This document shows positions 54,301-63,400 of a stretch of DNA of 64,000 nucleotides, in pieces (position 1 is the stretch's first letter; each line of letters begins with the position of its first letter). The DNA comes from a virus (lineage: Duplodnaviria; Caudoviricetes). The notes under the pieces are model-generated. The model was not told the DNA's origin and searched no databases. It saw nothing but the letters and a program-made list of their open reading frames with translations. Position numbers and translations under genes: made by a program. The stretch lies in IMG/VR virus record IMGVR_UViG_3300028596_000001; one strand, given 5' to 3'.

Positions 54301-55765
54301 GCTTGTACTGGGTGCCTTTACGCATGAAGAACTGTTGTTCCGCCACACTCAGGCTACCGTTACGCGCACGTTCTTCCAGAGCCAAAGCCACGCCGGCTTC
54401 AGGGGTAGCAAACGGGTCTTTCTTGACGGAGACTTCAGCAGTAGCAACTTCCTGCTCCAGCAGTTTGTCGTCTACAGCGGAGTTCCACTCCTGATCATCT
54501 TGAACAGGATTTCCGTCTCCCGTACTTCCCTCGACGTCCACAGATGGTGCCACACTTGCTCGATTGTCTTGGAGGACATCCAAGAGGCTATCGCCAGTAC
54601 TAGCACTAACCACAGGGCCATCTTCTTGACGAGCTTTTTCTTGTCGATCGTGTGGACCTTCTCGTCCTTGCTCTTCCTCAGTTCGATCCGCTCCTTCAAC
54701 CAAAGCGGTACCCGACGCTTCTCCATTTGGGTCATCCTTCTCTTGTTCGCTAATCCCTCCCCGGGAGAGATTCATCAAGGCTAAGTAAAAACGCTTCGCA
54801 GCGTTTAGTCGTTTTGAGTGACCAGTTCTGTGACTGGTTTTAGCGGGAGCTTTACCCTTAGCCGCTTCGGCTGCGAGTTTCTCCAGGTACTTCTTGTCAT
54901 TCTCATTGTCCAGCCACTCTTTAATGGTGGCCATGTGGATGATCAAACAACGGCTGTCGAATACAAAGATGATGTGCAGCGCATTCAGGGCTTCTGGGGT
55001 AAGCTTGTTAAACAGGCTGTACTCGTAGTCCCCGAAGACCCAGGCCATGAAGTCGATCAACCAGTAACTACCCTCGGCCTTGGTCAACCGTACGGTCTGG
55101 TTGCTAGGAATCGGCTTACCAGTCTCGTGGTTGAACTTGTCGATGTAGTGATCGTAGTCGATCAACAGTTCGTTAAAGCCTGGGAAGTTAATCGGCAGAT
55201 CCACACGCATGAACTGCTGACGTGGGGAAGTACCAACCCGATGGGCTTCTTCGTTGATACCGGCAACCAATGCGTTGAAATGGTTGTAGTACTTTTCGAA
55301 GTTAACAAAGATACTAGCCCGCTGAGCAAACATCTTGTCCAGCAAGCCGTAACTCTTAACGATCAAGTTACGTTCTTTGTTGTAGACCGTCTTGATGTCC
55401 TTGGTCCAGTTATAGTTGTAGTGGGTAGCCCGGTAGCCCTGGATGGCCTTACGGATCTCCAGAGGCAGGTTACGACCGCTACCCAACACAGGCTCGTAGC
55501 GACTAACGAAGTCGAGGAAGACATCGCCCTCGAAGTTGCTAATAAAAGCTTCACTACGACTCGGACCGATCTCCATCACGTTCTGTGGGAAGTAATGGAA
55601 CAGCGACATCCGTGGGAGACTGATCTCACTGATCGGCAAGAAATGAGGGCTGACCAATTCCTGCCGCTTACGCATTACAAACCAACGGAAGAACTGGGTG
55701 TACAGAGCAGCCATTGCCTCCGTACCAGTTACCGCGTCCAACGGGGAATTAGCACCCAAATTCAT
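51374..55765 (-). CDS. Virion RNA polymerase beta subunit (phiKZ gp178-like), 1463 aa
   Basis: beta-like motifs GGTGGRS, SEANKDSGKVG, FEDSIAVS and DKYVLGNQMK; size; immediately downstream of virion beta'. Confidence 0.9.
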   Translation of the reverse strand: MNLGANSPLDAVTGTEAMAALYTQFFRWFVMRKRQELVSPHFLPISEISLPRMSLFHYFPQNVMEIGPSRSEAFISNFEGDVFLDFVSRYEPVLGSGRNLPLEIRKAIQGYRATHYNYNWTKDIKTVYNKERNLIVKSYGLLDKMFAQRASIFVNFEKYYNHFNALVAGINEEAHRVGTSPRQQFMRVDLPINFPGFNELLIDYDHYIDKFNHETGKPIPSNQTVRLTKAEGSYWLIDFMAWVFGDYEYSLFNKLTPEALNALHIIFVFDSRCLIIHMATIKEWLDNENDKKYLEKLAAEAAKGKAPAKTSHRTGHSKRLNAAKRFYLALMNLSRGGISEQEKDDPNGEASGTALVEGADRTEEEQGREGPHDRQEKARQEDGPVVSASTGDSLLDVLQDNRASVAPSVDVEGSTGDGNPVQDDQEWNSAVDDKLLEQEVATAEVSVKKDPFATPEAGVALALEERARNGSLSVAEQQFFMRKGTQYKHIEMPNGQTLEEFMKVSQEDLKSLKSDAKIEANFTTILDESMLVSKANILKQGYVDKFLHKDIVSMFVGIQNAGIALNNFKHDVVTSVEGEYDVFSIQLHPVDGEQSTHVIRVPRVQKDSTFTVDGVKTHMQLQRRELPIRKIDRAKVALSSYYPNRLMVTRSKKVAQDLGVWMSKQIMAQGDAGNLTFNRGNKFDQSLPSPRVYSALATRFQWIKAGEYTFDFRVHNLLAEYPDFKKYLKKDNFLIGVKDGKPLTTDSYGNIYIDGVELGTLEGLMGISLAKAPIEFASINIGGFLFPIGVVLCYYFGIDTLLAVTKATTRSVPNGTRPKLSEDEYAIAFNDEYLIFNRREKFAAMIFGGLVGLGNISNFSKSDLNNNGVWGPLMADPKVKTRHFREMKNLFDLFIDPITKEQLQKLGYADSFHYLLLDAVQLLETDQTRHEVELEEQRIVGYERFAGHIYSEMCEANRRYHNKGKDRKHKFEINPDAVTMRILTDTSVNLVEEVNPVHQTKDQEELTFGGTGGRSEITVVQRAREQLPTYRGRISEANKDSGKVGFVTYTTSDPLIDDYRGNMDLKGKPSFTSLMSVTGNLSVSVTKDDAKRQVFISTQWSQAVSAKNYTWGITRTGYDSVMAHRTSELYSKVAKEEGKVTAVEDDQLVVTYKDGSVDRYPLGLVIGEASGEYHRHTRVTDLKVGDKFRKGDVIGWDNEWFARDPFNPGQAVLKTGRMVRIAMVEDQDTFEDSIAVSRDIVEESVTPFLNPVRFTMLATQAIGMRAKVGDEIDYDAILCEIEDGDVLSDGPDSADFSNEINRLGIRQIRSRNHGKIIHIDVKYNSPQEEMSETVKKLVKENDKKRKRFMETEGKEPVTGAVNTNLNVAKPVIPPGLVLITIYVETLDVSTMADKYVLGNQMKCTTGYVMPKPIYTLDGKRVDVKTSFKGMLNRMVNSLRDEAASNEVVSEFSKLAVKVYRGIK
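54472..54726 (-). CDS. Candidate overprinted single-TM protein (84 aa) inside the virion RNAP beta gene
   Basis: AAGGA Shine-Dalgarno 8 nt before ATG 54726; basic N-terminus plus hydrophobic MALWLVLVLAIASWM; the host frame here is a low-complexity linker with A/T-ending and rare CGA/GGA codons. Confidence 0.5.
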   Translation of the reverse strand: MEKRRVPLWLKERIELRKSKDEKVHTIDKKKLVKKMALWLVLVLAIASWMSSKTIEQVWHHLWTSREVRETEILFKMIRSGTPL

Positions 55766-57384
55766 TTACGATTCCTCATGCCGCTGGTGGCGGCTTTCAA
55801 AACAAACATTAAAGGTTCTGGGAGCGGGTCGTACAGGAAGTTGTCGGTACCACTGATGTAGTACTCGCGCTTCCCGAACAGCTCCTCAACCTGCGCCTTG
55901 GTGTCATCACCACAAAGACTGTTAGAGTTGAGGGCGTCACCGTCATGGTCAGAACCCAGCGCCTGTTCGCGGGTAGGGTCTACTGACATCGCGTCGAAAT
56001 AGTCGATACGGCCAGTCTTAACCGGATAGCGTGGCAGAACACCAACCACATTGCCTTCGGTATCGATCAGGGTACGTTTCTTACTACCAACTGTAGTCAA
56101 CAAGTTGACCTTAGCCGGGAAGATAGAACCCAGACCGGTAACAGGATAACGCGTCTGCTGGCTCATTTGCTGGCGGATCGCTTCCTGACAAGACAGGTAG
56201 AACAACTCCATATACGTGATAGGAGTTACTAGCTTCCGGTCTTTACCTTCTGGCAAGTCATTGATGTCATACAACACGCAGACTTCTTTACCGTCGTCAT
56301 ACACCAGAGCCAGATAATGGCCACTGATAACGATCGGCTTATTACGCAAGTTAACGTTAGAGAAACCGTTAAACAGTTTACTCAAACCAGTGGCCGTGGT
56401 CCATTTGTCCACAGTTGCTGGCAGTACGTTGGTGTACTCGAACTCGAGCGTCTTCATGTTCACCAGTTTAGCCGAGTCGCTACCTGGGGTGAAAATCGGC
56501 TCAAGGTACTTGGTGGTCATCGCATGGATACACACATACTGATAGTTCAGCAGTGCTTGCATCAGACCCATGTCGACACTGTTAGGGTCTACCCCGTCGT
56601 CCTCAAAGAGGTTGCTACGGGAAACCTTGCGCGCAGTAATAACGTTACGCGTACCGGCCACCACACCGCGAGTAGACATCCGCCGTTGTAGGAGACCGCC
56701 CTTACCACCCATCAAACCAAAGATGTATTGGTCGATGTCGTTAAAGGAAGATTGCAGGCCCCAGCGCACTGAGTCGTACAGTGGGTTCTCCAGGTCATCA
56801 GCACGACCAATGGATACTACACGGGTACGGAACATCAACTTGCGGTAGTACTCAGTGATCTCCGGTTCGCTAGGAGCACCGTTAGGCAGGAACTGGATAT
56901 CACGAATACCAGCAGGCGGTACCAGGACTTTAGTAGTCAAGGCGATGTCGCGGAACATCTTTACTGCCTTAACCCGTTGCTTCCTTTTATATGAATCGGT
57001 AGTGGTAACCACCAGATCCTGGAAATGCCGGACAAAGAAACTATATCCGGTCTGCCCATCGATGATGTTGGATTTTATGAAATCCTTGGACTTTTCGTCC
57101 CATACCGCGTATTCCGAGCCTTTGAGAATCCCGAGGTAGAGGGATTTTATTTGGCCCAGGACTTTTAAGTAACTAGGGTTGAAGATCGGGAGCTTAACAT
57201 CGATGTAAGCTTCGGTCTTATCTCGCTCCTTAGACCCCATTTTCCCAAAGATTTCTAAGGAATACAAACCCTCGTCATTGAGGTTCTGCGTCATCCCCTC
57301 AAATGCATCAGTGGACGTCACAGGTTTAAAGACCCCAGGGACAATGGTCCTGGGGTCTAATAACGTTAAGTTACTGGGTTTCAT
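55762..57384 (-). CDS. Virion RNA polymerase beta' catalytic subunit (phiKZ gp180-like), 540 aa
   Basis: Catalytic GSDHDGD motif, EGLYSLEIFG and GTRNVIT motifs; divergent from the giant tail gene. Confidence 0.9.
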   Translation of the reverse strand: MKPSNLTLLDPRTIVPGVFKPVTSTDAFEGMTQNLNDEGLYSLEIFGKMGSKERDKTEAYIDVKLPIFNPSYLKVLGQIKSLYLGILKGSEYAVWDEKSKDFIKSNIIDGQTGYSFFVRHFQDLVVTTTDSYKRKQRVKAVKMFRDIALTTKVLVPPAGIRDIQFLPNGAPSEPEITEYYRKLMFRTRVVSIGRADDLENPLYDSVRWGLQSSFNDIDQYIFGLMGGKGGLLQRRMSTRGVVAGTRNVITARKVSRSNLFEDDGVDPNSVDMGLMQALLNYQYVCIHAMTTKYLEPIFTPGSDSAKLVNMKTLEFEYTNVLPATVDKWTTATGLSKLFNGFSNVNLRNKPIVISGHYLALVYDDGKEVCVLYDINDLPEGKDRKLVTPITYMELFYLSCQEAIRQQMSQQTRYPVTGLGSIFPAKVNLLTTVGSKKRTLIDTEGNVVGVLPRYPVKTGRIDYFDAMSVDPTREQALGSDHDGDALNSNSLCGDDTKAQVEELFGKREYYISGTDNFLYDPLPEPLMFVLKAATSGMRNRK

Positions 57385-57408
57385 AATTGGAACTCTTTAG
57401 GAGTTGGT

Positions 57409-60400
57409 ATGTCGGAATATAACGATTTTGAAAGTTATGACAATGACTGGGATGCCGATCCGTTCGAAGGTGACATGGACTTCGACATGGACTTCGACAA
57501 CCCAGGTGGTAATAAAGGGTTCCTTCGTAGTGTTGTAAGCGGTTTCTTGGACGGCGTCGTTGAACGTACCGTCGGTAGCACTGACGCAAAGATCAACACT
57601 TTGCAGCGTGTACTCCCACCAAGCTGGAACCCAACCTTCCGTAATCTGCGAGAGCTTCACCAGCGTGGCCGTGAAGCAATCGAGGAACTCAAAAATAATA
57701 GCTTCACCGCAGTTCAGGATTTACAGTACCTGGCTGCTCGTGCTGCCAAGGCAGCTGGTGACAAGCTTCCTAATAAAATCTCCGAAGGACTCAACGAGTT
57801 CAGTCGTCATGACTTTTCCAGCTGGGAAAAGCAGGAATACGAGCGTGACGACACGGTCAAACTCGAAGAAACTAGCGACGACGAAATAAAGGCTCTCCTT
57901 GCTCAAGGCGAAGCCGAGTCAATGCTATCTCGCGAAACCTTCAAGTCGGTGGGTAAACAAACCATCGGCATGATGACGGAGATCGGCGGCCGCAGTATCG
58001 CTGGCATGCACTCCATTGTGCAGACCAACCAACGGACTAACCAACTGCTGGAACACCTGCTGGATTATCAGCGTCGTGTCCAACAGCGTAACGACCAACT
58101 GCAAATCAATATTGCGGCGCGTCAATACCTGGCCAGCGGTAAGTTCTACAAGTTCGTTGAAGCCAGCAACCACCGGATGATTGCCGAGCTGAAACTGATC
58201 GCTCAATATAGCCAGCAGTCTGACTATGAGAAGACCACCACCAGCCAGGCACTGAAACGTAACTTGCGGGAAACTGTGTTCAACACAGCCAAGAGTCGTT
58301 TTGGTGGTATCGCCGATTATCTGACCGACCGTGTTGGTAAAGATGCTCGTGAAGATATTGCCGGTGACTTCTCCGATCTGACCAGTAACCTGCGTATGGT
58401 TGCTGAGATGACCGAAGGTATGCCTATTAACGTAGGTAGCATGCTGGGTAACGCAGCCGCTGGTATCTTCCTGACCAACCTGCCCAAGTTCATCGAATCG
58501 GGTAAGGGTCAAGAGTACCTCGTTAGGTTCACCAAGAAGTTCCCTAAACTGGCTAAGTGGGCGAAGGACGCTTACATCCGTATTGGTGACCTGGGCCATG
58601 TGGCGAACTACGCCACCGGTAACCTGGAAGAGATCGCTAACACTCTGGCACGTTTCCACCATAACGGTGTTGACACTTCGGGCGATGAAGATCAGACCTA
58701 CGAGGAATACGTCGACTCCCTGCCTAAGGATGCCAAGCCAGCGCCTAAAGCTATTTGGTACATTGCCAAGAAAGCCCGCAAGACCATCAACAATACCGCC
58801 AACGGTATGTTCGATGAGACGTGGAGCTCCTCCAATACCAAGTACAGTCTTAGCCAACGCACTCTGAAAGACAGTCACGAACAGGCCCTGTGGACCCGTC
58901 GTTCGGATCGTACTCTCAACGAAGAGATTCCTCGTTGGTTCAGTATGCTCCACCTGTCGCTGGAAAAGATCCGTACTGGCAATGACAAGCTGCAACCTCT
59001 GACGTATGACTACGTTAAGTCCAAGTTTGTTACTGAGCATCAGAAGGCCGCAATGGTCACTAATGCTGTCTTTGATCGCAACTCGTTTGCTTACCAGGCT
59101 ACCTCTGCACTTAACTTGGCTGGTAGTGTGGACGAAGGTGGTTTGCTGTCGAAAGAGGCTAAAGAAGCCTTTGCCATGCAGTTGGTAAAAGACAGCGACA
59201 GTAAGCACGGGTTTAACCCTTACAACTACTTCAACATGGAAGACCAAGGTCACTCCAAGGAAATTGCTGAAGCGGTTAAGAAAACTGTAATGTCGACCTT
59301 TGGGATCACCGATGCACATATCGATGAATTCCTTAACAGCGACACGGTTCGTCGTGGGGTCATGGCAACGTACATGCCTACCGAGAAGGGTCGTCGACTT
59401 CTCCCGGGCTTTGCTGACGCTAGCCGTAGCCTTGGCACGTTCATGCCGGATATCGCCGAAGGTATTGATATCCACAAGAGCGCTGGTTTCTACGAGGCAA
59501 TGAAACAAGCAGGGATCATCGCCCCAACCGAGTACGGTGAAGACGATATCTCTGAGAATAAGTTCTGGGACCTTTTGGGTAAGTTCATCAAGAACCCAGA
59601 GCTGAAGAACACGGTAGAAGTACCTAAGGACGCAAAGCTGGATCCGACCAGATCGTTTGGTGGGTTTGCTCCTAATCCAGCGTCTGCTTTGAATGCCCAG
59701 CCTAAACCACTGCCACCGTTTATCCTTGGTAGTAGTGCTGGTGCTGCTCCTAAGCCTAACGAGCCTGTCCCGGTCAAGATGGAAGGTCTGGAAGACCTTA
59801 TCAAGTCTCTCGATGGTCTGAAAGACATTGGTCGCAGCATGGACCTGTCCGGTGATGTATTCAAGAACCTGAGCAGCCTGGACTTCAAGCCTATTGGCAA
59901 CAGCCTGGATCTGCTGGTGAAGAATACCGGTGATCTCCTGCAATTGGCTCAGACTCGCAACGAGACCCTTACCAAGATCCAGGAAGGTTTGCCTACCCGT
60001 AAGCGTAAACAGACCCAGGAAGAAGAAAACGACATCAAGTCGGGTACCGCAAGGATCATCGACAAGATCAAAGAGTTCTCCTTCAAAGACTTCTACAACA
60101 AGGCAGTAGATACCGTACTGAGGAATGAACCCCTCATTCTCGGTGGCCTGTTGGGCGGTCTGGCTGGCTATGCATTGCACAACCCTAAGGCTGCTGCTCT
60201 GGTAGCTGGTGGTGCAATGGCGGCTGCTGCTTACGGTAAGTTGCGTTCTGCGGCTAAGGCGCGTACGCCTGAAGACTCGGAAGACCTTTATGAAGAAGGT
60301 TCGGATGAGCCTATCCTGGAAGCACGTCGCTTGCAGGATGGACAGTACTACGATCTGACCAAGAACAAGATCATCAAGAGCTGGAAGGAGATCTCTGGCA

Positions 60401-63400
60401 GTATCAGGATTGTCAGTACTGACGCGTACAACGGGACTATCATCGGTGCTCGTAAACTGGCTAAGACCCTGTTTACTGCTGAGAACAAGGAAGTGTTCCT
60501 CGGTGGCTTGAACAAGGTCCGTGAATGGCTGACCAAAGCCTTTAAGTGGGTAGATCCTTGGGGTCGTGCTGTTGGGCTGAAGGATAAGGTAACCAAACGC
60601 TTCTACCAGATGGACGTATATAAGGAAGGGGCTGATTCTCCTACCTTGTCTGGTAAGAGCTTCGATGCCGGGGCTTACTGGAAGAAAGATGCTGGTGGTA
60701 ATGCAGTAATGATTACCGGCTGGAACGAAATCGACGGTCCGGTCTACGATCGCGAAGGCAACGTCCTGATCACTCAGGAAGACTTCGATCGTGGTCTGGT
60801 TACTTCGATGGGTGTCAGCATTAACAAGATGGGTACGCTGACCAAGAAGTTTGCTGGTTGGGGTCTGGACGCTCTGCGTGTTACCAAGGATAAGGTAGCC
60901 GAGTACTCAGGCAAAGCTTACGACAAATCGAAAGAGATGTTTAAAGCGGATTACACGCCAATCACCAACTCGATTGATCGCATCTACTACTTGATGCTGA
61001 AGCACTGGGGCTACCAACAGGAGTTCGTACCTGAAGGCATCCCAGTTCCTCCACCAACCCCTACTCCAGAGAACCCAACAAAGGTCGATCCTACCAAAGG
61101 TATTGATCCTGATGCGCCGGCTAAGCCTGCCCCTGAAGTAGTAGCCGCTCGTGAAGAAGAGGACCAGAACCCAGCTGGTGCTAAGAAACACGACATGCGC
61201 GAAAAGATCAAGGAGAAGATGGCTGAGTGGAATATCTTCGACAAGGAGAAAGACGCCAAGAAACCACGTCTGAACTCCTTCGCTGACAAGGAAGAAAAGC
61301 GGAAAGAGAAGAAGGCAGAACAAGCCCAGGACGCGCTTATCAACATGGCCGGTAGTTTTGGCTTTGGCGATAAGGAGAAGAAACCGGAACGTGCTGGTTT
61401 GTTCGGGTTGCTTACTACCATGATCGGTGGTGTGTTCAGTGGCATTACCGCTATCGGTACGTTCTTCACCAAGACCCTGTGGAGCAGTGTTGGTCGGTTG
61501 GTGACGTTTGCCAACGTCGGTATCAAAATCCTGCCAGCTATTTTCACAGGTATCACGGCGATTGCGAAAGGTGTTATGACCTTGGTTCAAACCAAGAGCA
61601 TTACGTCTGCCGGTACCAGCATTCTCGATACCATTATGGATAATAAGAACGAGAACCCTGAGACCCGCAAGAAGCGTAAGGAAGATCGCGCAACACACCG
61701 TAAGAAACCAAGCACTAAGTTTGGTAAGGCCGGTATTGGTGCTGGTGTTGCACTGGCGTCGGGCATGGCGATCGACTCTTTGATCGACATGGGTATTGCT
61801 GACGAAGACGGACTTGCTGCTAACGCTGCGGGTGCCGTTGAGACAGCTGCTACTGTTTACGGAGCCTACCAACTCGCATCCGGTGCCGCTGCTTTGGCAG
61901 GGGTTGAACTAGGTGCGGTAGCACTGGGCGTCGGTACTACAGTAGGCGGTGCATTGCTTACTGGTGCTGGTATGGTGGTCGGGGGCATCGCTGCTGCATT
62001 GAGTAGTCCGTTTGTATTGGGTGCTATTGCAATCGGCGCTGTTGGTTACGGTCTGTACAAGCTGTTCCAAGCCGGTAAAGGTACCCAGCTGAAACTGCGT
62101 CTGACTCAGTACGGTGTTTCTGATGTAGAGAGCACCTTGGCTGAGAACGTGGTTAAGGCTGAGCAGATGCTCGAGAAGTTTGTGGTGATTGGTAACGGTC
62201 GTGCCTCGATTTCTAAAGACGCCGATATCACGGGGGTGTTCAAACTCTTCGTAACCAACCCACAGGACAAGGCAGAACTTGCCGAAGTCTTTACTTGGTT
62301 CAACGGTCGCTTTAAGCCGGTGTTCTTGACTTACATGGCTTGCTTGGATGCAGCTAAGTTCAAGAGCATGCAAGAGTTCGATGAGTCCACTGATCAAAAC
62401 GTGTACAACGTGGCGAAACAGGCTCACAGTGCTCTGGGTGGGGTAATGCCGTATCCTTACACGATCGTGGCTAAGGTCGATAAGGACACCCCGATCATGG
62501 CTGAGAAGCAAACGGTTATCCGCGTCAACAGCTACTTGGCTGAACTCAAGAAGTATGTGGACCGTAAGACCGACAAGGAAGAGCTTAAGCCTGTCGAAGT
62601 ACCGGCTGGTGTGTTAGCACTGGAACGGGAAAAGAAACAACTGGAAGAAAGTCTCGATAAAGGTGACGCCAGTGTAGCTGGTCCGATCCGCAGTCAAGCC
62701 AAGGAACGACTGGACTACATCGACAGACAACTTTCTGGGATGAGCACTACCTTTGTACTAGGTAAACAAGTACAAGCAGTCTACATTAAAGACCTGTTGC
62801 CAGACGATCGTGCGATGGATCTCCTGACCGCTATCCGTTTGGCGTGCTATGGTAACGATGAAGACGTGCATTGGCGTATCGAAGCGGTACTGCGTCTGGA
62901 ACGTTACTGCGAGCCGTTGTTTGTACTGAACGGTTCTGAAGTAGTGTTCAACGGCGATATCCCAGGATTGTTCGGGATCTTCCGTACGGCGTTCCGCTTG
63001 AAGCGTGACGAAGGTGAAGACTGGTGCAAGTGGTTCCGTGACAGGTTCGCTCCTGTAATGCGTAACTACGTGCAGGTGATGGCTAACTACCGTAAGGGTA
63101 ACCCAGGCGTTGTCTGGAAGTCCCTGTCGGTAACTGCTCGGTATGAGATTGCCCAGGCGCTGGTACAGACCATGGTGCATATCACCGACAAGTTCATCAT
63201 CCCAATCTGGAACGTACGCGTTTCGCCGTTCTTGGATAGCCGTTCTCCCGATAAGCCTGATAAGGTTGATCGGATGCTCAAGTTGCTGAGTGACGCAAGT
63301 ACTCAGGCGAAGATTCGTGACCCTGAAAAGGAAGCAGGGAAAACTAACACGCAATCTTGGGCTAAAGAGGTCTCCCCGCATAAACCTGGTGGCGGTTTCA

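Noticed and set aside
57470-57500. Short tandem repeat GGACTTCGACAT
   Set aside because: It simply encodes the DMDFDMDFD low-complexity N-terminus of the tail protein.
57397-57660. Minus-strand ORFs 57371-57589 and 57397-57660 as genes upstream of vRNAP beta'
   Set aside because: They are antisense to the 5' end of the giant tail gene, which has the RBS and the typical codon usage.
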